Origin: Octopus vulgaris
Lineage: Eukaryota
Direction: 5' to 3'
Assembly: GCA_951406725.2 (NCBI GenBank)
Contig: OX597819.1
Span: 34,782,001-34,846,000, forward strand
Length of the DNA stretch: 64,000 nt
Part shown: piece after piece, positions 52,281 to 64,000 of the stretch
Numbering within the stretch: position 1 is the first letter of the stretch
How the letters are laid out: each line of letters starts with the position of its first letter
Notes under the pieces: generated by a model
The model's database searches: none
Told to the model about the DNA's origin: nothing
The model's input: only the letters and a program-made list of their open reading frames with translations
Position numbers and translations under genes: made by a program

Positions 52281-52950
52281 GCACGTATGTATGTATGTAT
52301 GTATGTATACATTAATGTATATACAACTGTTTTTATATACATTTACATTTATGCATATATGTACGTATCAATACAAATATACATATATGAATGAGTATGC
52401 AGTTTTGAAATTGCCGGTGCATGCAAATGAAAGCCGTATTTATTTATTAGGTGTAGGTTTTCAGTTGGATTTAATGGAACATCTAAGAAGGAGGAACGAG
52501 CAGAATATTGTGGCAGCTTTTCCATTATAGATCCGTCGATACTTATACTTCATTCAAACAACCGAAGTTCAAATATAATTACAAGTTACTCGGATAGATA
52601 GTTAGCATCAAGCCAAATTAACGAAAATGGGGAAACCTGTTCTCTCGTATACAGCAAAACTTGCAGTTTACAGCTAACAGACACATCGTTTTAATCAGTG
52701 ATTGGTACATAATGGAGATTCTGGCGTTCCTAGTCGTCGTCGTCGTCGTTGTCGTCGTCGTGGCGGCGGTGGCGGCGGCGAGGAAGAGTTGGGTGGGTGT
52801 AGCAGGAAACATTAAAGCATATTAAAACGTTAAGTTCCAGTTAAAGAATTAAGAAACTATTCCCTGCCTCTCACTACTTATCACTGTTAATGTTACCAAT
52901 CACTTTACGTGTTGAATTTGTGTGGCTACGTGCGTAAATATCTTTAGTAT

Positions 52951-53171
52951 TGGCAGAATCGTTAGCACGCCGGGCGAAATGCGTAGCCGTATTTCGTCTG
53001 CGTGACGTTGTGAGTTCAAATTCCGCCGAGGTCGACTTTGCTTTTCATCCTTTCGGAGTCGATAAATTAAGTACCAGTTACGCACTGGGGTCGATGTAAT
53101 CGACTTAATACCTATGTCTGTTCTTGTTTGTCCCCTCTGTGTTTAGTCCCTTGTGGGTAATAAAGAAATAA
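52951..53171 (+). mobile_element. SINE family D
   Basis: Close match to 18499-18730. Confidence 0.88.
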
Positions 53172-53237
53172 GTATGTATGCAGACAAACAGACAGACAGA
53201 CAGACAGATAGATAGATGTGTGTGTGTAATTATGTAT

Positions 53238-53499
53238 AGGTGTGGCTAAGTGATAAGAAGTTTATGTATATCAGTGTGTGTGTGTGTGTCTTTACGTCTG
53301 TGTTTGTCCCTCAGTATCGTCTGACAACTGGTGTTGGTGCGTTTATGTTTCCGTAACACAGCTGTTCGGTAAAAGAGACCGACAGAATAAGTACCAGGCT
53401 TAATAAAATGTAAGTACTAGGATCGATTCATCCAACTAAAAATTCAAAGTGGTGCCCCAGCATGGCCACAGTCTAAAGACTGAAACAAGTAAAAGATAA
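53238..53499 (+). mobile_element. SINE family A, internally deleted
   Basis: GTGTGGCTAAGTG.TAAG head, then GAGACCGA.AGAATAAGTAC...CCAGCATGGCC...GACTGAAACAAGTAAAAG. Confidence 0.75.
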
Positions 53500-54349
53500 C
53501 ATAATATATCACTAATACTTTCAAATAACAGCATCCGACCATTTAGTTGTGAAACTATTTGGAGACAAAACTCAACAAGGAAGACAAATAATTACAGAAC
53601 TTTAAAAAAGGGTAACTGATTTGTGATTTCCGAGCTTAAGAAATGTGGTGGTGATTGGTCGCGCATGTCGAGCTGGTTAAGGATGATATATTTTAAACGT
53701 CTGAGTCGCTATTGACGCAATGAACGGTTTTATGGCTCTATCACCATTGTTGTGGTGTACTGAACTAAAACTATGTGGAGTGTATTGTTGATTGCGTGAA
53801 TTATGACTGAAGCAAACTCGCAAACATTTAACTTTGATATTTACTGTTGGACATGATATTTTGTGAAAAATGTTAATAAAACAATTACCGACTAGGAAGA
53901 GAGAATACCACCGTGTCCGTAGAAAACAACCTATAGGACATCGTGCAAATGTTCAGAATCGATCCGTCCTAGAACCCGAAGATGTCTGTGTGGCAGTGCA
54001 AAGCCGTCAGCGTGAATGCCGGAGGTCGTCTGCCTGCCAAGAGATGAGGTGAATCAGTCGACATTCTGTGCAGTTCGTTTTTCGTGAAATCACGGGAATG
54101 CAATGGTTGCTGTATGATAGATGCATTGGAGGTTGGTATAAATGACAAGAAATAGAAAATAGTTAAAATGACTTTTATTTACCGTTACAAAATAAACCAA
54201 CTGCTTCGAGTAGTTATTGTATAAAGACTTGTAGAAATTCCGTTGTCATTCGTCTAGATCATGCGGTACACTTATATTCTTTTCAAAATTCGGCGGCACA
54301 TCTGAACTAAAAATATAACTAAAAGTATAGGGGGGAAAATCATATTCGG

Positions 54350-54430
54350 GTTACACTGCGTCACACCTAGCAACGTCTCATGACACACCAGTGTGTCGCG
54401 GCATACCGGTTGCGGAGCACTGGTCTAGGT
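54350..54430. mobile_element. Terminus of another Charlie-type hAT relic
   Basis: GACACACCAGTGTGTCGCGGCATACCGGTTGCGGAGCACTG followed by GTCTAGGT (NTCTAGAN-like). Confidence 0.5.
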
Positions 54431-55239
54431 TGCTGTGGTCATTTGTTTTCTACTGCTATGTGGCCAAAAGAAAAGGTGAGAGAATTTACTTCTTTGTATA
54501 TTGCAGAGTAGAAAGGGTGACAACCATGAGTAGAGAGCGGGAGGCACATCTTCTCTCACTGACAGTGATAAGGAAATAAGGCAGTGATGTACTTTTGCCA
54601 CATACCGAGTAAAAGAAAGAAGCATCTTAAGTCTTCCTAATGCCGCGTAAAAGAGAGGAATGTACCTCTGGCAAAGGTGCCCGATAAAAGAGAAAGAATT
54701 CTGTTTAGTGTTCTGTATGTATAATCATTTCCTAGCTAAAGTAGGTCTTGAGAACAAAAGATTTTTCCTGGGTTATCGAGGTTGAACAGTTGGTGGCCCA
54801 AGAAATGTCGCTCGTAAATTTCGAAGTGCATTTTGACAGAACAAATGAAGGAAGATAGCGGAAATACTTAGACTACGGTTCCGATTCCTGGTTGAAAATC
54901 CAGGAACCAACGATTTTACTACTCCCCCTCCGTTGAGCTTGTCATAGAAAGTGAACTATACGAGGAAAATTTATGGGGATGTGCACTGTGCGAAAATTAA
55001 ACAATTTCTGAATTGAAAGTGCACAGGGTATATGTGAATGTGAAGCAAGGCTAGAAAAAGTATAGGTACCATGAGCGAGAATCTGGGGTTAAATATACGA
55101 GAGTGCAGGTGCATATTCGAGTAGGTTCGAATAACATGCAGTATCGCTTGTGTGCAAAGTGCAATATGGGATTCGTGTGGTGTTGGCTTAGGGACAGCGT
55201 TGAATGAGCTTGCCCGGGATTTGATACCGGATTGCTCAT

Positions 55240-55526
55240 ACGATTGTAAGGTCGTGAGTTCGATTCCCGGCGATGCGTTGTGTCCTTGAGCAAGACACTT
55301 TATTTCACGTTGCTCCAGTCCACTCAGCTGGCAAAAATGAGTTGTACCTGTATTTCAAAGGGCCGGCCTTGTCACACTCTGTGTCACGCTGAATCTCCCT
55401 GAGAACTACGTTAAGGGTACTCGTGTCTGTGGATTGCTCAGTCACTTGCACGTTAATTCCACGAGCAAGCTGTTCCGTTGATCGTATCAGCTGGGACCCT
55501 CGTCGTCGTAACCGACGGAGTGCTCC
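55240..55526 (+). mobile_element. SINE family B variant
   Basis: GAGTTCGATTCCC B-box, TGTGTCCTTGAGCAAGACACTT block, and family B 3' half. Confidence 0.82.
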
Positions 55527-56371
55527 TATAATATACATGGGCGTGTGGATACGGTGCAGCTGCGGAGTTTCTTTGAAAGAAGGCGAGAGAGTGCTATTCT
55601 CAATCTGTGGTATGATAGAGAGACTTCTGGCAGAAGTGTGCATTGAGTAGCAGGTGTCTTAGAGGAAGTGCAGAGACCTGGGGTACTTGGCGCTGAGGTG
55701 ATGTATAATTGCTGTGAGTAAGCAGAAACACCAAAGTGCAAGAGACGTGCTAAATGCGCTGAGCCAGTTAACTTTATGTGCATCGTGACCAACATGGCGT
55801 CGTATAAAGGTGTAAGTGGTGGGCTGTCTGGAAGAGAGGAAACAGAAAGCGTGGTCATTGTTTTCTATTTCGAAAATTCCGGGAGAATGTGGCAGGCAGT
55901 GTTGACAAGTATGCTCAAGTTAAGTTTTTAAATGTTAATCTCAAGAGAAAATATTCTTTACATGAGTATTACGGCAATCATAAAATATTGAGACAATACT
56001 TTAAGTTGAGACAGCGTTCAAGAATAACATCCTACAAGGATAATAATTTGCCTCTTTCTAAATTTTTCATTGATTATTTCTATAAATGTACCTAAAGGTT
56101 GTTAGATATTCTGTGTTGTCAATAACCAATATTTGGTTGCAAAAAAATACGTGATGTCTGCAAGAAGCCTTTTCCATTGTAATAAAAACTGTCAATTTAT
56201 CGAATTTTATGTATTTCAAGACGGTCTTTCTCGGGAACTTGTGACAAAAATGACAAAGAATTTGAAAGTCCACCGATAAACACAGAGGTGTGATGGCTAT
56301 CAGGTGTAATTGTCTTCGTTTGTTTGTGACATTTCTGAATTGTGTGTAGTTTGGTGAGCAGTTGATTGCTG

Positions 56372-56545
56372 TCAGGTGAAAATAAATCCTCTGATGTCAC
56401 GTGTAAAAGGAATAACGCGTAACAGGGAATACAAATCCAGGGCAAAAAAATATATGGTTCTTTCTACATGCTATAAACCAGCGGCCAACGATGTGTTTGC
56501 TGTACCAGTACTCATACATACATTTGAACTACTCGATTGGCAGTA
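56372..56545 (+). pseudogene. Non-LTR RT fragment (R4/Dong-like)
   Basis: EYKSRAKK...A.DVFAVPVLIHTFELLDW resembles EY..RVKKI...N.FAVPVL..TFG.LDW. Confidence 0.45.
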
Positions 56546-56732
56546 TCTGAAAACTGTTAGCCACCTACAGAAATATAAGGCTTTATTGTATTAGCTCTAG
56601 TAGTAGCCATCAAAGTGAGGGGTTATTTATCCAAGATATTATCTATGGTTTTAAAGAGAAGTTTATTTGAAAAACACAGTAATATATTTATTTTATATTA
56701 TACTACGTCAAAATAATTCATATCCTTGAGGT

Positions 56733-57006
56733 TGGATATAGACTACACTACATAAACTAAATTAGTAACAAACACGTAATAAACTTATATCTTTTCTCAA
56801 CGACTTCTACGACTGCCTTCGCAAATGCGACTGCACATACCAAACTGTACGTCGCATTGTCAGTACGCATGCGCCATTGTAAGGTTTAGGACAGTTCATT
56901 TGCTATGCCACAAGAGTGTCAGGATTTCACCACAACATCTGTCCTTTTGAGCTTGACTTTTCTTGGAAGTCAATATTTTTTTTCATATATTACATATTTA
57001 TTACCA
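56733..57006 (-). mobile_element. Probable 3' LTR of the Gypsy element
   Basis: Minus-strand polypurine tract AAAAAAGGAGGGGGTGGGAGG is immediately followed by TGGTAATA at 57006. The distal end (TGGATATA on plus at 56733) is tentative. Confidence 0.45.
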
Positions 57007-57029
57007 CCTCCCACCCCCTCCTTTTTTTT

Positions 57030-60000
57030 ACTTAATTCCCCGGGAAGAAATTGGAATATTTTTTTTTCGTTTTGACTATTTGAAAAAGTTCTGTTTATTT
57101 TCTTTTGCTGGTCACTGTACTCGTTGGTTCGTCTATTCCTTGAGGTACCGGGACGTCAAAAATGTCATAAAGAAATTCCATTGGTTCTTCATGTCTTATT
57201 CTTTCTTCCGTAAACCGTCTTTTCAGTTGGTTTAAATATCTTTTGAGTTCCCACCTTTTACCATGTACGTTATTTTTCCTAAACGTTTACTCATTATACC
57301 TACTTCCCAACATTCCTTTCCATTTCTATATATTTAAAAAAAACACCTTGTCACCGATTTTGAAGTATTTTATCTTATTTTCGGTGTTTCTCTCCATTTT
57401 TTTTTTCTTCCCGGTAGTAATTTGTCAAACACTGACCTGACTTTCCTGGCGAACATTAGTACAGTGAAGTGATGTTGGGGTTAGGTGTTATTCGATAGAC
57501 ACTTAAGAATTGCGTCAATACAGTATCAGCTAGTAGCTCTTTTCTAGATTTTTTGAGCGCCATCTTAAACGTGTCAACAAAACGTTCCGTTAGTCCATTC
57601 GATCTCGGGTGGTATGGTGGAGTAATAATATGCTCCATTGCATGCATTTTGCAAAAGTTTTTAAATTCCTTCGACGTGAACTGTGTTCCGTTATCAGACG
57701 CTATAGTCTGGGACGCCATATCGCGTAAAACGTTCGTCCAGAAATTCCATTGTTACTTTGGAGGTTGGCTTCCTACATTTACTTATTTCCGGCCATTTCG
57801 TGTAACTATCCACAGCAATTAGATAATACCCTCCATTTAATGGTCTTGCGAAGGTTGTGTGTAGTCTGGCCCAAGGTATGTCAGTCTTGGGCCAAGGCTG
57901 AATTTTTATAGGTGGTGCTTTTGCTGCCAGGATACAACCCCAGCAGGCTTTCACCAATTTTTCAATATCCTGATCTATATTCGGCCAGTAGACATAGCTC
58001 CTCATCAGTGCTTTCATTCTCACGATTCCCAGATGTCCTATGTGGAATTTTTTTAGCATACGATTTTGCAAAGACACATGTATTACCCTCTGAGCGAACA
58101 TAAGTACGTCATCACATATCGAATAACATTTTGAAACAGGATTACGCTCGGCTACAGAAGTTCTTATATTTGTTTATGACTTCACTATTTTTTTCATTTT
58201 TATTCTGAACACATCCTTCTCTCGTTTAATTTTTATTTCCTCTAAAGTGACAGGTAGTTCGCGTACTACGTTGCAGAGTATATATTTTTTTATTTTGGTT
58301 TCAGCTTTTAATGCCGCTGTTACTGCGTCCTCTAACGGTTCATTGTATTTAGGTATCAATCTTGATAGCCCATCTGCATGTCCTAGTTTTTTGTTTTCGT
58401 TTTTTTATGGTAGAAATTCCATCTTAAAGTTATAATTTAGCAGGATCGTCCCTAGCGCTGCAATCGATTGACAATAATGGGCGGTGATCTGTCGGCAAAC
58501 TGAATTTCCTTCCATGTATGAATTTGTGAAATTTTTTCACCGCAAAAATAATGGCTAATGCCTCCTTCTCAATTTGGCTGTAGTTTTTTCAGCCGCCAAC
58601 AATGAACGTGAAACTTGAGCATGGGTTTTAGGCTACCATTTTCATACTTGTGTAAAATTAATGCGCCTATACCACTTTCGCTTGCATCTGGTACTACTAC
58701 TGTTTTTGAATTTTGAACAATGTGCGATAATAGTTGCGATGTTAAACCTTTTTTTAATTTCTTCGAACGTTTCTTGGCACCTGACCAACCAATACCATTT
58801 AACGTCTTTTTTCACTAGGTTGTTTAGGGATGCTCTTAGCTCATGCATATTCGGTATATATGTTTGGTAATAGTTTGCGAGCCCCAAGAACGCTTGTAAC
58901 GTTGTAATATTTTTCGGGGGAGGCATATTATTTATTGCAGTCGATCTTGAGGAATCTGGCCTGCGACCATTTTTATCGATAACTTGCCTTGGATACTTTT
59001 TTCTGGCATGAAAAATTCGCATTTTCCCTTGCTAAGTTTAATTCTATACTCCTTTATTCTTTCAAAGACCTTTTTAACATGTTCCTCATGCTGGCCTCGA
59101 GACTCAATTTTTATGCGTATGTCATCTAAGTAGGCTATAGCAAAATCTGTATCCACAAGCATAGTGTCCATCACCTGTTGGAAAATACTAGGTGCCACCT
59201 TTATCCCAATAGAAAGTCGATTGAATTTATATAAGCCTTTATTGGTGTTTATCGTTAATAATTTCGAACATTCTTCCTCGACTTGTAACTGTAAATACGC
59301 CTCCAAGAAGTCCAACTTTGAAAAAACTTTCCTCCGGGTAATTTGTGCCATCAAACATTCGTTCAAGACTGTTGAAAAGTCAGCCCATACTCGTATTTTT
59401 TTCTTTACATAAGCAGTCGGTGATGGCCATTCTGAATAATCAATTTTTCTGTAACTCCAAACTTTTCAAGTCTATCCAATTCCTCGTTGACTTGAGTCAA
59501 CGTCGCGAAAGGTACTGCTCGCTTCGGTTTAAATATCTGTACAGCGTTTTATTTCATTTGAAATTTTACTTTTGTCTCGGTGCACCTACCTAATTCTTCA
59601 GAAAAAACATCAGGCAAAATCTTTTTTTAATTTCTTTCTTAAATCCTCCGACGCCTTATTTGAACTGGCGTAAGAACCGTTTCCATTATTACAAAAAATA
59701 TTTATGGGGAGGTCCCATAAATTAAATAGTGCCATCCAGTCTGTGCCAAATAGGTTTGTCGTATTTTTTTAATGTAAAAACTTTGACTTTAAAAGTTTTT
59801 CCAATAAATGTCACGTCACTCATCATTTCGCAATTGCTTCCCTGAAATACCTCACGCAATTTTCGATGTTTTTTTCAGTGTAGGCTTTCCTATTTTTCTC
59901 CATGCATCCTCGTTAATTATAATAATATCACTACCTGTGTCTCGTATTCACATTATTTATTTTTTATGGAGACAAATTTTCTTTTTTGGGCCTCGCTTTG

Positions 60001-60418
60001 CATTTGTGTTGACAATATTTTTTTCTCGAATTTCTTTCGACTTTTTTGGTTTCACCCAACAATGTGAATTCTTTTGTCCACATCCATAATATTTTAGATT
60101 TTTAAAAGGACACTTTCTTTTAAAATGTATTTCTCCACACTCATAGCATAGTTTGAGTCTTGGCTGTTGTTTTTCTTTTTTCTGTTACAGGTCGACACGT
60201 ATGTATATTTGAATAATCTTTTTCAATTTTTTTCTGCGACCAGTCGTAAATTTATAATCCTTTGGCATTCTTCAATTGAATTAGCTACCCACGTCTGCCG
60301 AAAACGAACCTGAAGTGTTTTTGGACTGCAACAATAATTCCAACAACTTTTGATTCTGCTGCTTTTGTTGTTGTAATTGCTGTTTCTATTATTCTTGTTG
60401 ATATTGTAGTTGCCGTTG
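57030..60418 (-). pseudogene. Decayed Ty3/Gypsy (Mag/K02A2.6-like) gag-pol
   Basis: Order on minus: Q-rich gag with CxxC knuckle; protease region; RT (FSKLD..AYLQ, AYLDDI); RNase H ([24 protein letters not shown]); integrase (H.GH.GIVRMKALMRSYVYWP, SDNGTQF, PPYHPRSNG..ERFV). Many frameshifts. Confidence 0.92.
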
Positions 60419-60419
60419 C

Positions 60420-60650
60420 GGATCTTTACCTTTTAACCGGCAGATGTAGAAAATAATTTTTTGTAACTAAACACTTTCAAACTTCTTATACTGGTTTAGT
60501 GTATCATATAAAACATCTTTTACTCTTAGCGTTTTTGAGAAAAGTTTATATTTACGAAGTTATTTCATTTTAAAGTTGTCGCATTTCGGTAATTTCAACC
60601 AATCAATGGCGTGTATTCAGCTGAATAAAATTACTGCCGTTGTTTGTCGA
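60420..60650. mobile_element. Solo arm related to the 32288 MITE TIR
   Basis: Starts GGATCTT; shares AACTAAACA, GAAGTTATTTC, AAAGTTGTCG.ATTT.GGTAATTTCAACCAATCAA. An opposite-orientation end lies at ~21490-21560. Confidence 0.75.
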
Positions 60651-62515
60651 TAATGTATAAAATGAATTTGATAGTTTAAAAATTTTGAATTATTTATTAT
60701 TATTTTATGATGAGTTTGGATATTGATTTTCTTATATTAATAATAATAATAATAATAATATATAATTAAAAATTATATGTATATATCGCTCGTATTAAAT
60801 ATATAAATACTTTAATAGTATTAATATTTTTATACAATGGAGCACTCGATATAAATTCAGTATATAATATTCTTATTGAATATATTTACCTAAAGATTTA
60901 TATATATATATGGTGGAGGTATATATGTATGTGTACAAGTATATACATAAGATAGGCTTCTGCACAGTTTTCATCTACCAAATTCCATTCACAAGGCATT
61001 GGCCAAATGAAGGTTACTGTAGAAGACACTTGCTCTAGGTTCTACGCAGTGAGGTCGAACCTCATTCGTTCATATTTTGATCATGTTAGCTCAAATATTT
61101 TTTCGTGTTTATCTAAGGAAATAGGAATTCTAATTTGTTTATAATAACAGACCAGATCGTCGTGTCGTGGTAGAATTATTAGAGCGTTGGATTAAATATC
61201 TGACGTACGGTTACCCTCCTTTACATCTGAGACCACATTCCGCAAGCGTCGACAAAATAAGTGGAGCCGTTGGCAGTCAATATGCTCCACTGTTACTCTT
61301 CCTCTAAAATGAATGACGTTGTGCCAATTTTAGATTTATCTTGATAGTTGATGCTTTTGACTGAACACGTGAAAAAATACATGAATACATAGAGGCACTA
61401 GGAACAGAAACAAGGTACGTAGCTAGATCTAGATACAGGATAGGATACGTGAATGGATAAAGGTGCTAGAATCAGGGATTAAGTACTTGAAATGGTATAC
61501 AAGAGAGCAGATAACAAGGTACAGGACATAGATATTTGGTATAAGACTAGTACAGGAGTATGTATTTGACAGAGTATAAGACCTCAAATGTTTAGGAGAA
61601 AATAAGACTTGTGGTATTCATGTCTTTTCCACCGTAATTAGAATTGTGAATGTACTAAAATAGTTACCACTCTAAATCATGCCTAATACATCAAAACTTC
61701 CGGTTATATCATTGGATTAATGAATTAATTAACCAGACTTAAGTGATAAACTCAAAATACAAATCACTACCCATTTTAGTGACTGGGTGGCGATCTATCT
61801 TCTTTTAGGTTAATAAGTGGTTTGGTGTTGGTTGGTAGGTATAAAGCAGTATTTCACCGACATTACGATACATGATAGATTTGGCCACCCTGCTTGTTGT
61901 AAAACTAAAATATAATAACAATAAAGTGGTTAGCGATGCAAACTAATAGAAGCATCTTTCTCATCTCACTGTATAGCATTAGTGTAAGGCTGGTATCCGG
62001 AAATGCATCCGGTTATAAAATATGGCAAAAAGTGAGGATGTGCATTAACAGAATAAAAGACACATTATTAAGCTAGACTGTAAAACGCTGCCCTTTGTGT
62101 GTGATTGAGCGCCTGTGTGTGTGTTTCAATATATATATTTACTAATGTATGCTGTTGTGTATGTTACATGTTCAATCTACGTATAGTGTTAATACACCTG
62201 TACATGCGTGTGTATGTATATATACATACACACACACACAGATACACATATATATATATATATTTAAGAGATGGTGTTGTTTTCGATATGCATTTATAAG
62301 TTAAACACATTTTTTCCGGGAAATAACGTTATTCCTGATAGATGACTAACCAACCTCACAAGCATATCCTCGCATAGACGTCTTGCTTTCTGGCATTTGT
62401 ACTTGACTCTTTCGTTTGTGACTACCCAGTCAATATGGTCTTAGGAAGTAGTCGTAAAAAATAACAGCATGAAACCCAGTTGATAAGAGAAAAAAACATC
62501 TATGCACTACAGAGA

Positions 62516-62649
62516 TATTTCTTTATTACCCACTAGGGGCGACATAGAGGGGACACTACAAGACATTGGGGACATAGAACATTATAAAAATAAAAGTATG
62601 TAAGATGAAATTTTGAAAATGATAATATGAAAGTGATGCTAACGGCCCC
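62516..62649 (-). mobile_element. 5'-truncated retroposon 3' end with 17-bp TSD
   Basis: TSD TCTATGCACTACAGAGA at 62499-62515 and 62650-62666. Minus-strand tail GTCCCCTCTATGTCGCCCCTAGTGGGTAATAAAGAAATA. Confidence 0.85.
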
Positions 62650-62789
62650 TCTATGCACTACAGAGAAATTTGGATAGGTATATATGATAATTTATATGTT
62701 CAAAATATATGTGAATGGCGTATCGTCAGATCCCAAAAACCTGTTGACCTATGACCTCTTAAAAATATGGAAGGGGGAATGCTTCACTA

Positions 62790-63070
62790 CTCAAAGGTAG
62801 CAATTGGGGATTATCTCCCTTCGCTAGTAGGAACCTCTTGAAATGTAAACATGGCCCAAAAATCTCTGTTCTGGAGTTAAGGATGTTCCCTGGTTCGACT
62901 GAGTCTTTTAGGATTCTCGCACGTTCAGCTATGCATAACTTGCAACGCTTCATCCCGTTCTCGAGGATTTTTCCATGATATTGAGTATGGAAGCCCATCG
63001 TCTCTTAGTTGCCAGATGTGGCTGACCAGTGACGTTATGCATTTCCTTTCTTGGTGGAAGGTCGAGGTAA
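62790..63070 (-). pseudogene. Penelope-like GIY-YIG endonuclease C-terminal half, copy 2
   Basis: TSLVSHIWQLRDDGLPYSISWK/ILE..KRCKLCIAERARIL...LNSRTEIFGPCLHFKRFLL, with one frameshift. Confidence 0.8.
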
Positions 63071-63087
63071 GAGACATGTAGTTGCAG

Positions 63088-63365
63088 TCATGGTGGGTCA
63101 CGCAGATACAATAGAATGTACTTTCTTTCATGCGGACAAGGATGAAACACCTCACTCCTGCTATCGAGGTAAAAATCCGGGCGTTAGGTACCTTTTAAAA
63201 TCGCTCTCTTCTCAGCCAGGCATAATCTGCACTTTCTGCTACTATTGAAGTACGGCTTGCATCTTTCTATGATCTTCCACTTTCTAAAGTACTTCGTGGC
63301 GCTTTCTTTCAAAGCCCAGACGTGCCCGGCAAAACGAGTTTGACCATGACATACACCAATGTACC
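63088..63365 (-). pseudogene. Penelope-like GIY-YIG endonuclease C-terminal half, copy 1
   Basis: YIG..TRFAGHVWALKE...KWKIIERCKPYFNSSRKCRLCLAEKRAIL..*..LDSRSEVFHPCPHERKYIL. Confidence 0.8.
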
Positions 63366-64000
63366 CATGTACACATACGCACACCCCAATAAAGTGGACA
63401 TCCTGCACATAACTATCCCCCACCACCCACAGGACATACACACTCATGCAAATCGTACCCCCATATATACATAGACCTCTCACACACACATATATTACAC
63501 ACCGCACGCTAATATAAAGACCCACAACGTTATCCTTTACAGAAAGAAAATAGACAAATGAACACAGCGCTATATATACCAGCATCCCCAGAAAAAATTA
63601 TACATATGACACCACTACACATACCACACACCCCATCCCCGCAGTGACATCACATAATTAATAGACACTTTCCCCACTTCAAGGTAACTCTTGCTGGCTT
63701 CACAACATACCTAACCAAGAGACATAACTCCTAGCCAAATCCCTTGGCCCATTTTTCGTTTCACCACTTTTTTCGCAGCAGCCGCTGACCGGCTGTGCTA
63801 ATCCACTTCCGACAATAGAGAGCAGTCGCCATATTTCCTTCCATATCGGCTACCTCTGATCAGCGTAATTATATAATTGGATTGTTACCTAGCACTCTAT
63901 TGTATTTTTGTGCAAAACCGATTGGTAAGACCAACCGTGATGGATGCTTAATACTATAAATTTCAGGTAATATATACATACACATTAATATATATCTTTA

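Noticed and set aside
55526-55858. GC-richer 110-aa ORF
   Set aside because: Probably a retroelement relic, but it has no motif I can name with confidence.

Overview
AT-rich, microsatellite-dense eukaryotic DNA with no host exon I can support. The repeat landscape resembles coleoid cephalopod (Octopus-like) intronic or intergenic DNA; that assignment is inference. The window is almost entirely transposon relics. These include at least four tRNA-type SINE families, a full-length dead DD34D mariner, two DD37D (maT-type) remnants, a Buster/Charlie hAT pseudogene, a decayed Ty3/Gypsy element, an LTR with a tRNA-Gln-type primer-binding site, LINE fragments and Penelope-type GIY-YIG fragments. Two MITEs start with GG and have 8-bp TSDs (Merlin-like). 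Two structures stand out. The first is an ~8-kb head-to-tail stack of composite Helitrons (34553-42704) with captured cargo and an internal filled/empty insertion-site pair. The second is a recurring set of non-coding inverted or direct repeat modules carrying minimal hammerhead-ribozyme-like cores, in the style of Penelope pseudo-LTRs or retrozymes. Most ORFs in the track are microsatellite or antisense artefacts. All alignments were done by eye, so boundaries without an explicit TIR or TSD are approximate.
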